NCBI GenBank assembly: GCA_013153135.1
Contig: JAADFA010000109.1
Coordinates: 1-41,812, forward strand
Length of the DNA stretch: 41,812 nt
From: Chloroflexota bacterium
Lineage (GTDB): Bacteria; Chloroflexota; Anaerolineae; Anaerolineales; DRMV01
Direction: 5' to 3'
A program made the translations under genes and the position numbers. Below, piece by piece: positions 8,307-17,786 of this stretch (position 1 is its first letter; every line of letters starts with the position of its first letter). A model generated the notes under the pieces. The model saw only the letters and a program-made list of their open reading frames with translations, had not been told where the DNA came from and searched no databases.

Positions 8307-8894
8307 CTAGCCTTTTGGACGTTGTGCAGACCCCGCGCGCAACAAACGCCACAATTTTGCCTCTTCCGATGGGGTCAGATAACGCCACTGGCCGGGCTGG
8401 AGCCCGTGCAGGGTGAACGGTCCGATGGCCCATCGGATGAGGCGTTGTGTGGGGTGTCCGATGGCCGCGGTCATGCGCCGCACCTGGTGTTTGCGCCCTT
8501 CAGTGAGCACCAGCCGGAGCCATGTGGTAGGGTGGTGGCGGACAGGGGGCGTGCGGGGCCACAGCTTCGGCGGGGGCATTCGGTTCGCACGTCGCGCGCG
8601 TAGCCGTCGGCCATCCACCCAAACCCCGTGCACCAGCCGTTCCAAGTCATGGTCATCAGGTTCCCCTTCAACCTGCACCCAATACTCTCGTGGCAGCGCG
8701 TGGCCGTGATGCGTGAGCAACCCGCGCAGCCGAGGATTATCGCTCAAAATAAGCAGCCCTTCTGAGCGCAGGTCCAGGCGCCCCGCTGGGTAGACATGGG
8801 GCACGGGGATGTAATCCTTGAGGGTTGGACGCCCCTCCGGATCCGTGAATTGAGAGAGCACACCGTACGGTTTGTTGAACAATAAAACAGCCAT
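8307..8894 (-). CDS. Pseudouridine synthase, RsuA/RluE family (no S4 domain, RluE-like)
   Basis: 195 aa from MAVLLFNKPYGVLSQF. It has the catalytic-Asp motif AGRLDLRSEGLLIL and REYWVQVEG. I trimmed the 281-aa ORF to the ATG at 8894. Confidence 0.85.
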   Translation of the reverse strand: MAVLLFNKPYGVLSQFTDPEGRPTLKDYIPVPHVYPAGRLDLRSEGLLILSDNPRLRGLLTHHGHALPREYWVQVEGEPDDHDLERLVHGVWVDGRRLRARRANRMPPPKLWPRTPPVRHHPTTWLRLVLTEGRKHQVRRMTAAIGHPTQRLIRWAIGPFTLHGLQPGQWRYLTPSEEAKLWRLLRAGSAQRPKG

Positions 8895-8896
8895 AG

Positions 8897-9139
8897 CTAC
8901 AGTGCCCACGCGAGCAAGAACCCGAGGATGGCGATAAAGGTGCCCAAACCGAGCAGGCAATGGGCTGCGAACAGCCCTCCTTGCCAGCCCAAAAGCAAGC
9001 CCAGCACGCTCAGCACGCCATCCAACGCGATTAGGGCCAGGCCCACCATGGGCAATAGGCCTTTCCGATAGGCGAGAAACTCGCCCACTTGGTCGGACCA
9101 ACGGTTGAGGCGATCGCGCCAAGAAGGTCGACGGGGCAT
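8897..9139 (-). CDS. Small membrane protein (2 TM), hypothetical
   Basis: 80 aa. GTGAGG lies 6 nt upstream of the ATG. It sits between the hflX stop (9149) and the synthase start (8894) with 9-nt and 2-nt gaps. Confidence 0.55.
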   Translation of the reverse strand: MPRRPSWRDRLNRWSDQVGEFLAYRKGLLPMVGLALIALDGVLSVLGLLLGWQGGLFAAHCLLGLGTFIAILGFLLAWAL

Positions 9140-9148
9140 AAGGTGACC

Positions 9149-10726
9149 TCACATAGCAGAATCCAGGGCGGAATCCTCGTTTTGGCCCGCGTGTGCGTCC
9201 TCGCGCAATGCGGTTTCGGCCGCGGTAGGCAGGGCGGGCCCTTTACGTTGTCCTTGTCGCAGCACAAAAGGCGCAAAGCGAGCGAGCAGACGGCCCGGCA
9301 ACCGGCCTTTGATATGCACCCCATCCCGTCGGTGCTCGATGCGGTCGATGCGGCCCATCTCGTGAAAGAGCGAAATAAGGTGTCCTTGGTCGTAGGGCAA
9401 CAATACTTCGACGGGTGTATATCGCGCGTAGAGTTGGTCGGCCACGGCTTGCAGCAGCTCGGGGATGCCCTCGCCCGTGAGCGCGGAGATAGCCACCGCA
9501 CCCGGGAAGGCCTTGAGAGCCTCGCGCGCGGCCTCCGGGTCGGGCAGGAGGTCGATTTTATTGAGCACCGTGAGGATGGGGATGTGGTCCGCTTTGATCT
9601 CGCGCAGCGTGCGGATGACGGCCTCGGCTTGCGCGGCCGCCTGGGGATGCGCAATATCAATCACGTGTAGCAACAGGTCGGCTTCAGCAATTTCCTCCAA
9701 GGTCGCGCGGAAGGCGGCGACCAGGGTTGTAGGCAGCTTTTGGATGAACCCGACCGTATCGGTGAACAGCGCGATGTGACCACCGGGTAACTCCACGCGA
9801 CGGGTGGTTGGGTCAAGGGTCGCGAAGAGCTTATCGTCCGCGTACACATTCGCGCCGCTCAATCGGTTGAGCAGAGTAGATTTGCCCGCGTTGGTATAGC
9901 CGACCAGCGCGACCACGGGAAGCCGGTTCTTACGGCGCCGGGAGCGATAACGTTGTCGATGCGCGCGCACCTTTTCAAGCTCACGTTTGAGCACCGCGAT
10001 GCGTTTGTTGATCTCCCGTCGGTCCAATTCCAGCTGCTTTTCACCAGGCCCGCGCAGGCCTACGCCCCCTGCGCGGCCAGCCCGGCCGCCGCCACCGCCC
10101 GCCTGACGCTCCAGATGCGTCCACGCGCGCGTCAGGCGGGGCAGGCGATACTCCAGCTGCGCGAGCTCAACCTGGAGCGCGCCTTCCTTGGTTTGCGCGC
10201 GTTGGGCGAAGATGTCCAAAATGAGCACCGTGCGGTCGATTACCCGAACCTTATCGCCAAAAAACTTCTCCAATTCTCGTTGGTGCCGGGGTGTGAGCTC
10301 ATCGTCAAAGATGATTACATTGGCCTTGGTTTGCTCAACCAAGGCTTTGATTTCCTCGAGCTTACCCTTACCAACAAAAGTACTGGGGTTCGGCCGGTTG
10401 AGCTTTTGCGTAACTTGACCCACGACCTCCAGGCCCGCGGTTTCGGCCAGCCGTGCGAGTTCGCGGAGCGATTCCTCCAGAGGCAATAGGCTTCGGCGGT
10501 GACGCAGCTCCACCCCCACCAACACCGCGCGCTCCTTGGGTTGTTGTGTGGGGATGGGCGCGCGGCCTTGCTTGAGGCGTTCTGTCTCCTCCTTGCTTAT
10601 GGTCTCTTCGGATTCGGCCAGCGCGGCTCGAGCCTCCTCCACGGGCATGGGCGTGCTGCCATCCTCATCCACAAACCATACTTGGGACGTTGGGCGTTCA
10701 TCCTCTGATTCTTGCCACATGGTCAA
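9149..10726 (-). CDS. hflX: GTPase HflX
   Basis: It has the HflX N-domain, G1 GYTNAGKSTLLN, DTVGF and NKID. Start is TTG at 10726 or ATG at 10720, after AGGAGGTG. It has an acidic N-terminal extension. Confidence 0.9.
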   Translation of the reverse strand: MTMWQESEDERPTSQVWFVDEDGSTPMPVEEARAALAESEETISKEETERLKQGRAPIPTQQPKERAVLVGVELRHRRSLLPLEESLRELARLAETAGLEVVGQVTQKLNRPNPSTFVGKGKLEEIKALVEQTKANVIIFDDELTPRHQRELEKFFGDKVRVIDRTVLILDIFAQRAQTKEGALQVELAQLEYRLPRLTRAWTHLERQAGGGGGRAGRAGGVGLRGPGEKQLELDRREINKRIAVLKRELEKVRAHRQRYRSRRRKNRLPVVALVGYTNAGKSTLLNRLSGANVYADDKLFATLDPTTRRVELPGGHIALFTDTVGFIQKLPTTLVAAFRATLEEIAEADLLLHVIDIAHPQAAAQAEAVIRTLREIKADHIPILTVLNKIDLLPDPEAAREALKAFPGAVAISALTGEGIPELLQAVADQLYARYTPVEVLLPYDQGHLISLFHEMGRIDRIEHRRDGVHIKGRLPGRLLARFAPFVLRQGQRKGPALPTAAETALREDAHAGQNEDSALDSAM

Positions 10727-10750
10727 AGGCCACCTCCTTTGAAAAAGGGG

Positions 10751-11953
10751 TTATACCTCGCGCGCGGGTAAACCCGGCAACGTGTGGGCCGCGCGCAAGC
10801 GAGCCAGGGCTCGGTCCAACGCGTCGTCGGGTACGCCGAGGGAGATGCGCACATACCCCTCGCCATGAGGGCCGAAGATCCGCCCCGGCGCCCAGCTGAT
10901 GTGATGGTGCTGCAGCAAAGCCTGCGTGAACGCGAGACTTTCCACCCCAGGGGGAAGCTTCGCCCAAATGTACATACCCGCTTGTGCGGGATAAGCCGTC
11001 AAGCCCAGCTCGGTCAATAAGGTCAGGATACGGTCACGCCGTTTGCGGTAGACTGCGTTGCGCGCCGCGATCCACGCGTCCATGCGCGGGTCATTGAGCG
11101 CGACCTCAGCTGCATCCATCAGGGGGCCGAAATGGGAGGAATCAACCTGACTTTTGTAGAGGAAAAGATAACGCAGGGCTTCGGCGTGACCCACCGCGAC
11201 ACCCAACCGCCATCCGGCCATGTTTGCGCGTTTGGAGAGGGAATTGAACTCCACCGCGACCTCTAGCGCGCCTGGAACCTGGAGCACGCTCGGCGGGGGC
11301 GGTGCGTCAGGGTCCAATACCACGTCCACGTACGCGGCGTCGTACGCGAGCAAGATATGGTGTTCACGCGCGAACGCGACGGCTCGCTCCAGGGCTTCAT
11401 ATGTGATGGTCGCCCCCGTAGGGTTATTGGGGTAATTGAGCCACAAGATCTTAGCCCGTCGTCGGATGTCGTGAGGGATGGCGTCCAGGTCGGGCAAGAA
11501 GCCGTTTTCCGCGCGCAGGGGCATATAGACCACATGGCCGCCCGCGATGCGCGCGGCTGGTGCGTACGCGGAGTAGCCCGGATCGGGCACGAGGACCACG
11601 TCGCCGGGATTGATCAGGGCTTGCGTGAGGTGGAAAATGCCCTCTTTGGAGCCGATAAGGCCCACGACCTGGGTTTGGGGGTCCAGCTGAACACCAAAGC
11701 GACGTTGGTAATACGCCGCCCAAGCCCGGCGGTAGGCAGGCGTGCCCCCGTAGGGCTGATACGAATGTCGATCGGGGCGTTGGGCCGCGGCGATCATGGC
11801 TTTGATAACGAACTCGGGTGGGGGCATATCGGGCGCGCCAATGTCCATGCGCACCACGTCCAACCCCTGGGAACGCATTTGCTGGATCTGGCGGCCCACT
11901 TGTGCGAAGTAGTACGGTTTGAGATCCGCGATTCGGTCAGCTGGTTGCATCAT
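10751..11953 (-). CDS. Class I/II PLP-dependent aminotransferase (AspC/DapL-like)
   Basis: 400 aa from MMQPADRIADLKPYYF, with motifs NYPNNPTG and the PLP-lysine motif SLSKRANMAGWRLG. I trimmed the 482-aa ORF to the ATG pair at 11953/11950, after GAGGTG. Confidence 0.85.
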   Translation of the reverse strand: MMQPADRIADLKPYYFAQVGRQIQQMRSQGLDVVRMDIGAPDMPPPEFVIKAMIAAAQRPDRHSYQPYGGTPAYRRAWAAYYQRRFGVQLDPQTQVVGLIGSKEGIFHLTQALINPGDVVLVPDPGYSAYAPAARIAGGHVVYMPLRAENGFLPDLDAIPHDIRRRAKILWLNYPNNPTGATITYEALERAVAFAREHHILLAYDAAYVDVVLDPDAPPPPSVLQVPGALEVAVEFNSLSKRANMAGWRLGVAVGHAEALRYLFLYKSQVDSSHFGPLMDAAEVALNDPRMDAWIAARNAVYRKRRDRILTLLTELGLTAYPAQAGMYIWAKLPPGVESLAFTQALLQHHHISWAPGRIFGPHGEGYVRISLGVPDDALDRALARLRAAHTLPGLPAREV

Positions 11954-12258
11954 CACCTCGATGGTGCCGGGTTTCCTTATTAGTTTACCAGCCCATCCAG
12001 CCCTGCGCGCGTCCATGAAGCAACGGGTGCAGGCAAATCTCGTAGAAGCCCATGCCGCGGGCGGCGAAACCCGCCTGCTATCCTCGCCGTTCCATGCCCC
12101 GCGCGCTGAGCCAGCCAGCTCGCGCGCAATTTTATGGCAACTCGCCGCGGGCTTCCAGCCCGCGGCGGCGCGGCACGCGAGCGATTGGCATTTCGACAAT
12201 CTCCGCGTGCATCCCTCGATCGTGCTTTATGGCCGTGGGCGATTTCGCAAACCTTGCT

Positions 12259-12267
12259 TGGTAAAAT
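12259..12267 (+). promoter_or_regulatory. Candidate extended -10 promoter (TGGTAAAAT)
   Basis: A TGnTAAAAT match sits 37 nt upstream of the ATG at 12304, in an AT-richer patch of the 350-bp divergent intergenic region. Confidence 0.3.
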
Positions 12268-12303
12268 TGAACACAAACCATGCAAACACAAAGGGGGTGA
12301 TGC

Positions 12304-12930
12304 ATGTGTCCCTACATCCCGCCGCGCTGGCGCTGGACCCTGGAAGCCCTGCTCATGCTGAACGTGGCCCTCTTTCTCGCTTTTGTGGGGCCGCCGGAAA
12401 AGACCTTGGGGGCAAACATTCGCGCGATATACCTGCATGGGGCCTGGATTTGGGCCGCGTTGCTCGCGTTGACGTGGGCGGCGGTGCAGGGTATGCGGGC
12501 TCTGTGGCGCCACGATCCAAAAGCGTTGCGGGCTTCGCGGCTGTGGGGTTGGGTCGGCATGGCATTGTGGTGGCTGTATTTGCCGCTATCCTTATGGGCC
12601 ATGCAGACCAACTGGAACGGCTTGTTTTTGTCCGAGCCTCGTTGGCGAGCGGGGGTAGAATTAGCCATCGTGGGAGCGCTTTTGCAAGGGGCCGCGTGGT
12701 TCCTGCCACCCCGCGCGACCGCGTGGATTAACGTGGGCTTTCTCGCGCTCATCGGCGTGCGCTTGAGTATCACCGAGCGGGTGCTGCATCCACCGTCTCC
12801 CATGTTTACATCACGCGCATGGACCATCCAGATAACCTTTTTCGCGACCTTGCTCGCGCTGGTTTGGATGGCGCGCGCGTGGGTTCGATGGTTGGACCTC
12901 GTTCTGCCCTCGTGGCCGGACGAGGCCTAA
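12304..12930 (+). CDS. Integral membrane protein (about 6 TM), Trp-rich loops; family not recognised
   Basis: 208 aa, with GGGGGTG 4 nt upstream of the ATG. The loop SLWAMQTNWNGLFLSEPRW is faintly reminiscent of CcmC/CcsA W-rich motifs, but not enough to call. Confidence 0.55.
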   Translation: MCPYIPPRWRWTLEALLMLNVALFLAFVGPPEKTLGANIRAIYLHGAWIWAALLALTWAAVQGMRALWRHDPKALRASRLWGWVGMALWWLYLPLSLWAMQTNWNGLFLSEPRWRAGVELAIVGALLQGAAWFLPPRATAWINVGFLALIGVRLSITERVLHPPSPMFTSRAWTIQITFFATLLALVWMARAWVRWLDLVLPSWPDEA

Positions 12931-12981
12931 TGCGGTCCTGGCTTGGGCGCCCCACAGCATCCCACGGAGGAGAGACGACCC

Positions 12982-13743
12982 ATGACCTCGCGACGGTCTC
13001 GTGTTGTGCGTTGGGTGTTGGTGTTTGGGGTATTGGGCTTGGGGCTCGCGGGGTGCCGCGCCGCGGCGGCCACGCCTCTACCCCCGCCCAGCCCGACGCC
13101 AACCCCGCGCGCGCTGCTTACCCTACCTCTGCCTACGCCTATCCCCCCTACCCCAACCCCGACCCCCACGCCCATCCCGGCCGACCGGATCCTGTTCCAG
13201 GATGATTTTTCCGACCCCAACAGCGGTTGGCCGCGCGTGCGCACCGAGTGGGGCATTACTGATTACGTTGACGGTCGCTATCGTATCGGCGTAGGCATCA
13301 ATTACACGGATTTATGGGCCAACCCGGGCCTGGACTTCGCGGATGCGCGCATCGAGGTCGATGCTCAGGCCATCGCGGGCTCGGAGTACAACACGTTTGG
13401 CGTGATCTGTCGCTATCAAGATGAGAAGAACTTCTATTTCTTCATCCTGAGCAACGCGGGGTATTACGCCATTATCAAAGTGGAAAACGGGGAGCAATAT
13501 CCTTTAACGCCCGAACGTCAGCTGGCTGTGCGCGAGATCATTCGGCCAGGCGGGCTGGTCAACCGGGTGCAGGCTGAGTGCATTGGCAATACGTTGCGCT
13601 TGTATGCGAACGGTACCTTGCTTGCGGAAGTGCAGGATGCGACCCATGCCCACGGCGATGTAGGGCTTATCGCGGGCGCGTTTACCGATGCTGGCGTCGT
13701 TGTTGATTTCGATAACTTTGTCGTCTTGAAACCCGACGAATAA
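12982..13743 (+). CDS. Lipoprotein with PT-rich linker and a jelly-roll/lectin-like (DUF1080-like) domain
   Basis: It has a signal peptide with the lipobox LGLAGC and the linker PTPTPTPTP. I assigned the C-terminal roughly 170-aa beta-rich domain (NTFGVICRYQDEKNFYFF...GDVGLIAGAF) by resemblance only. Start trimmed to the ATG at 12982. Confidence 0.6.
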   Translation: MTSRRSRVVRWVLVFGVLGLGLAGCRAAAATPLPPPSPTPTPRALLTLPLPTPIPPTPTPTPTPIPADRILFQDDFSDPNSGWPRVRTEWGITDYVDGRYRIGVGINYTDLWANPGLDFADARIEVDAQAIAGSEYNTFGVICRYQDEKNFYFFILSNAGYYAIIKVENGEQYPLTPERQLAVREIIRPGGLVNRVQAECIGNTLRLYANGTLLAEVQDATHAHGDVGLIAGAFTDAGVVVDFDNFVVLKPDE

Positions 13744-13778
13744 GCGCCAAACTCAACCTTAAAAAGCGGCGTCAAAGG

Positions 13779-13806
13779 TTGTCAAGGGGGCACTTCCTGT
13801 TATAAT
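13779..13806 (+). promoter_or_regulatory. Sigma-70-type promoter of rpsA
   Basis: TTGTCA (13779-13784), a 16-nt spacer, then TATAAT (13801-13806), 55 nt upstream of the rpsA ATG. Confidence 0.6.
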
Positions 13807-13860
13807 GGGCCTTGCCGCGAAAGAGCGGCCAAGTCCGGTAAAGCGTTCGGAGATTAAGCG

Positions 13861-15168
13861 ATGATGATGCCAGCGCAAGACCCCTCGACGTTGGAACCGC
13901 AAGGGAATGGGGAGGGGCAACACGACGAGCAAGAACAGATGACGATGGAAGACCTGCTGAATGAGTCGCAGGGCGTGCCTCACGCGGAGTTGCGCGCCGG
14001 AACCATTGTGGAAGGCACCGTGAGCACGGTCAACGACCAGGGCGTGTGGGTGAGCCTGGGTTACAAGTCCGATGGGCTCATTCCGGCCGAAGCCCTTGAG
14101 GCCCTGAGCGACGAGGAACGCGCGCAGCTGAAGGAGGGCAACACGGTGCGCGTTTATGTCGAGGGCTTCGATAGCAACGGCACGCCCCGGCTTTCCTACC
14201 GCCAGGCTTTGGAGATGGAGGACTGGGAGCGCGCCCAGGAGTACAAGGAGAAAGGCCTGACCTATCGCGGCCAGATCATCCGCTACAACAAAGGTGGTGT
14301 GGTGGTCAAGTTCGGCCGCTTGCAAGGGTTCATCCCCGCGTCGCAGATCTTGCGCTCCCATCGCGCCATGTGGGGGAGCCTGGTCCCGGGCCCCAGCTGG
14401 GAAAAGGCCATCGGCGATGAAATCGTGGCCAAGGTGATCGAGGTCGACCCGCGGCGACGGCGGCTCATCCTCTCGGAGCGCGCTGCTGCACGCGAAGCCC
14501 GAGAACTGCTCAAGGATAAACTCCTGCAGCAGATCAAAGTGGGCGACGTGATCAACGGCCGGGTTACGCGCATTACCCCCTTCGGCGCGTTCGTGGATAT
14601 CGGCGGCGCGGATGGGTTGGTCCATATCTCCGAGATTTCGTGGGAACACATCAAGCGCCCGGAAGATGTATTGGAAGAGGGTCAGCCCGTACAGGTCAAG
14701 GTCATCGAGGTCGACCCCGAACGACGGCGCATTGGCCTTTCCATCCGTCAAACCCAAGAGGACCCTTGGAAGGTCAAGACCAAGTCGTTGCGCGTCGGCC
14801 AACTGGTACGCGGCACCATCACTCGCTTGGAGAAATACGGCGCCTTTGCCCGCCTGGAGAACGGCCTGGAAGGCCTCATCCATATCTCCGAAATCAGCCA
14901 TCAGCGCATTGAGCACCCGAAAGAGGTGTTGCACGTGGGCGAAGAGGTGACCCTGCGCATCATCCGCATCGAACCTGAGCGGCGGCGCATTGGCTTGAGC
15001 ATCAAAAAGGTCGATTCCCTGGCCTACGCGGACCTGGACTTGCAGATGGCCCTGCAAGAAGCCGAGGCTGAGATGAAGCAGGAGAGCGAAGCCGAAACCA
15101 CCTCGGGGACGCCCACGGAAGGCGCGCCAAGCGCTGCTTCGGACAGCGAAGAAGGGCGCGAAGGTTAA
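13861..15168 (+). CDS. rpsA: 30S ribosomal protein S1 (four S1 domains)
   Basis: 435 aa with four repeats of the S1 OB-fold pattern (GTIVEGTV..., GQIIRYNKGGVVVKF, INGRVTRITPFGAFVDI, VRGTITRLEKYGAFARL) and acidic tails. Confidence 0.9.
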   Translation: MMMPAQDPSTLEPQGNGEGQHDEQEQMTMEDLLNESQGVPHAELRAGTIVEGTVSTVNDQGVWVSLGYKSDGLIPAEALEALSDEERAQLKEGNTVRVYVEGFDSNGTPRLSYRQALEMEDWERAQEYKEKGLTYRGQIIRYNKGGVVVKFGRLQGFIPASQILRSHRAMWGSLVPGPSWEKAIGDEIVAKVIEVDPRRRRLILSERAAAREARELLKDKLLQQIKVGDVINGRVTRITPFGAFVDIGGADGLVHISEISWEHIKRPEDVLEEGQPVQVKVIEVDPERRRIGLSIRQTQEDPWKVKTKSLRVGQLVRGTITRLEKYGAFARLENGLEGLIHISEISHQRIEHPKEVLHVGEEVTLRIIRIEPERRRIGLSIKKVDSLAYADLDLQMALQEAEAEMKQESEAETTSGTPTEGAPSAASDSEEGREG

Positions 15169-15190
15169 GCCGGCTTTTGCGCGCCAAGAA

Positions 15191-15217
15191 GGCCCCTGCT
15201 GACCGCAGGGGCCTTTT
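15191..15217 (+). terminator. Intrinsic terminator after rpsA
   Basis: GGCCCCTGC-TGACC-GCAGGGGCC (9-bp stem) followed by TTTT, 23 nt after the rpsA stop. Confidence 0.7.
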
Positions 15218-15330
15218 GCATTGCGCGCATCTTCCGCACCGAGGCGGTGTTATTACCCCTTGCCTAAGGCCTTACCGCGCGCCACCTATGGCCGCGCGGC
15301 GGTGTTTGACCCCGCTTGTGAGGATGTCCC

Positions 15331-16584
15331 ATGGCCCGTTATGCCCATATCACCGGCTGGGGCCACGCGGTCCCTGAAAAAGTGCTCACTAACGACGATA
15401 TAGCCAAGATGGTCGATACCAGCGACGAATGGATCCGTACTCGGACGGGCATCCGGGAGCGGCGCATCGCGAGCCCGGAGGAGAGTACCGCGGTCCTGGC
15501 CGCGCGCGCCGCGGAAGAGGCCTTGCGTAAAGCCCGGGTCGCGCCGACCCAGGTCGACCTGATCCTGGTCGCGTCCAGCACGCCGGAGTACATTTTCCCC
15601 GCGACCGCGGCGATTGTGCAAGACGCCATTGGCGCCACACGCGCGGGCGCGTTGGACGTCTCGGCCGCGTGCACGGGCTTCATCTATGCCCTCAGCTTGG
15701 CCGCAGCCATGATCAAAGTGGGCGAGATTGACACCGCGCTGGTCATTGGCGCGGAGACCCTCTCCCGCATCATCGACTGGGAAGACCGCAACACGTGCAT
15801 CCTCTTTGGTGATGGCGCGGGCGCACTGGTGCTTGAGGCCTCCGACGAACCCGGCGGCGTCATTACTTCCATCCTCCGGGCCGATGGCTCGGGCGCGGAT
15901 TTGCTCCTTTTGCCCACATGCGGCAGCCGTAACCCGGTGAGCCACGAGGCCCTGGACCAAAAAATGCACTACGTCAAAATGCAGGGGCGAGAGGTCTTTC
16001 GCTTTGCCACGCGCGTGATGGCGCGCGCAACGCGAGAGGTCGTTGAAAAGGCCGGCATGACTCTGGACCAAATCGATTGGATTGCACCCCATCAGGCCAA
16101 TCGGCGCATCATTGAAGCCGCGGCCAAATCCTTGCGTCGGCCCTTGGACGACTTCCTCATGAACCTGGACCGTTACGGCAACACGTCCACCGCGTCCATC
16201 CCCTTGGTGCTCTATGAAGCTGCGGAATCGGGGCGCATTAAGCCGGGCGAATATGGTGTGCTGGTGGGCTTTGGCGCGGGGCTCACCTGGGGCGCGGCCC
16301 TGGTCCAGTGGACGGGCCCCAAGGCCGAACGCAAACCCGTGCGTCTCAAGTGGTACCAGCGTCTGGCGCGCGTACGTTCACGGTTGCGGCAATGGCGCCG
16401 CGCGCTGGAGGGCCTATGGGTCCACCTGCTCGAGCGCCTTAGCCTACCCCGGGTGCCCGAGCGGCCCCGGTTACGCAAGCCTGCCACGCGCTCCAAAGGC
16501 GCCCTTCCCCCAAAGACCAAGGCGCCCGAGCCTGCCCCAACCGAGGCCCATGGCGAAGACACTGCAGCCCCAACGCAGGATTAG
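15331..16584 (+). CDS. fabH: Beta-ketoacyl-ACP synthase III with an ~90-aa basic C-terminal extension
   Basis: The catalytic triad context is present: SAACTGFIYAL (Cys), APHQANRRI (His), YGNTSTASIP (Asn). The core ends at ...GAALVQW (16310). The Arg/Lys/Pro-rich tail runs to 16581. Confidence 0.9.
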   Translation: MARYAHITGWGHAVPEKVLTNDDIAKMVDTSDEWIRTRTGIRERRIASPEESTAVLAARAAEEALRKARVAPTQVDLILVASSTPEYIFPATAAIVQDAIGATRAGALDVSAACTGFIYALSLAAAMIKVGEIDTALVIGAETLSRIIDWEDRNTCILFGDGAGALVLEASDEPGGVITSILRADGSGADLLLLPTCGSRNPVSHEALDQKMHYVKMQGREVFRFATRVMARATREVVEKAGMTLDQIDWIAPHQANRRIIEAAAKSLRRPLDDFLMNLDRYGNTSTASIPLVLYEAAESGRIKPGEYGVLVGFGAGLTWGAALVQWTGPKAERKPVRLKWYQRLARVRSRLRQWRRALEGLWVHLLERLSLPRVPERPRLRKPATRSKGALPPKTKAPEPAPTEAHGEDTAAPTQD

Positions 16585-17159
16585 CCCGATCTATCCGCGT
16601 CGTCCATAGCCTTTGGCCTGGCCCAAAGCCCCAGCAGCGCGAGCCAAACCTCATCCGGGACCTCGGGCAAGGGTTGCACGTGATACGCGGCTTGTTGACG
16701 CCCGCGCTCACGCAGCGCGTGCCATAGGGCGCGGCGTTCGGCTTCGCTAGGCCGCAACTCGTCGATAGTACGCGCGGTCAAGAGCCGCTCGCCCGTAGTA
16801 TAGAAGAACACAATACGCTTCCAGCGCCGTGCGAGGATGGGGCGGGGCAAAGTGACCAATGGCCCCAGCTGCATCTTGACATATTCCTCATGCGCGCGGG
16901 GATGATTGGGTTCATCCGCGAAGAGGTCGCGGCGGCGCACCAGCTCGTGGCCCAACACGGGTGCGACCACTTCAATGCGCCATTTGCGCGGCCCAAACGC
17001 GCGCGGTTGGTAAAAGGCCAGCCAGTCCACGGCCAGAATGCGCGGCGCAGTGGCCAGGGGGATGCGGTACCAACCCAGGGTTCGCGCGATGGCCAGGTCG
17101 CGCGGCTTGGGCAGCAGCGCGACCAGAACCAAATCCTCGGGCTGGGGCAAGGTGCTCAT
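16581..17159 (-). CDS. Conserved-looking hypothetical protein (192 aa)
   Basis: It starts MSTLPQPEDLVLVALLP...GWYRIPL...DWLAFYQP. The ATG at 17159 lies 11 nt after GGAGG and 7 nt after the nitroreductase stop. The rest of the 419-aa ORF is Arg/Pro-rich shadow. I recognise no family. Confidence 0.6.
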   Translation of the reverse strand: MSTLPQPEDLVLVALLPKPRDLAIARTLGWYRIPLATAPRILAVDWLAFYQPRAFGPRKWRIEVVAPVLGHELVRRRDLFADEPNHPRAHEEYVKMQLGPLVTLPRPILARRWKRIVFFYTTGERLLTARTIDELRPSEAERRALWHALRERGRQQAAYHVQPLPEVPDEVWLALLGLWARPKAMDDADRSG

Positions 17160-17166
17160 GGCCCGG

Positions 17167-17763
17167 CTAACCTCCATCATGTTGGGGCCGCGTGCGGCCC
17201 CAAGCGCCCCACGCGATGAGGGCTTCCGGGGCCTTGCGGGTGCGCGGTTTGCTCGCAGCCCCGCGGTAACGCGGCGGCAGGTCATCCAGCGAGCCGGGGT
17301 AACCCAGAGCGATAATGGTCCAGGGCTCGTAAGCCTCGGGAATAGCGAACGCGCGGCGGGCCGCTTTCCGATCGAAGCCCGCGATGAAACGAGTACGTAA
17401 CCCCAGGGCCACGGCCTGCAACGTGAGCTGCGCGCTGGCCATGCCCAGGTCGTGGAACGCGTACGCGTTCGGCCCGCGCTCGTCCTCGGTTTGTGCACTG
17501 GCCAGGATGAGCACAGGCGCGGCCTGGGCCCAGCCCCGGTTCCATGGAACCATGGTTGCCAGGAGGCGCTGGTACCCCGGCTCCCCCTGCCGCGTGACCA
17601 AGAAATGCCACGGTTGACGATTGTAGGACGATGGTGCCCAGCGCGCGGCCTCGAGTACTTGCCGTATGACCTCAATAGACACCGCGCGCGGCGCGTAGGC
17701 CAACGGACTGTAACGTTCAGCAATAAGCGGATGCACCGGTACGGCCACCGGATTGGCGGGCAT
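17167..17763 (-). CDS. Nitroreductase-family protein
   Basis: 198 aa from MPANPVAVPVHPLIAERYSP, with the motif RWAPSSYNRQPW. GGAGGA lies upstream of the ATG at 17763. Confidence 0.85.
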   Translation of the reverse strand: MPANPVAVPVHPLIAERYSPLAYAPRAVSIEVIRQVLEAARWAPSSYNRQPWHFLVTRQGEPGYQRLLATMVPWNRGWAQAAPVLILASAQTEDERGPNAYAFHDLGMASAQLTLQAVALGLRTRFIAGFDRKAARRAFAIPEAYEPWTIIALGYPGSLDDLPPRYRGAASKPRTRKAPEALIAWGAWGRTRPQHDGG

Positions 17764-17786
17764 GGGATGTTTCCTCCTGGGCGATG

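Noticed and set aside
11954-12303. 350-bp divergent intergenic region examined for a riboswitch, T-box or leader upstream of the aminotransferase. It contains a 9-bp perfect hairpin GCCGCGGGC-TTCCA-GCCCGCGGC at 12144-12166.
   Set aside because: I could not match any riboswitch consensus (lysine, SAM, T-box) by eye. The 270-aa ORF 11919-12731(+) and the 177-aa ORF 11980-12513(-) across it are low-complexity. I leave it as unexplained structured non-coding DNA; a covariance-model scan (Rfam/Infernal) would settle it.
13759-15057. 432-aa minus-strand ORF antisense to rpsA. Similar long shadow ORFs are 33337-34980(-), 28302-29459(-), 29874-30797(-), 35920-36693(-), 40091-41542(+), 38184-38972(-), 18558-19220(+), 15286-16092(-) and 3723-4418(-).
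   Set aside because: Each lies fully inside, and antisense to, a gene with unmistakable family motifs. Their translations are low-complexity (Arg/Ala/Gly/Pro/His-rich) with no motifs. Such ORFs are expected by chance in ~65% GC DNA.
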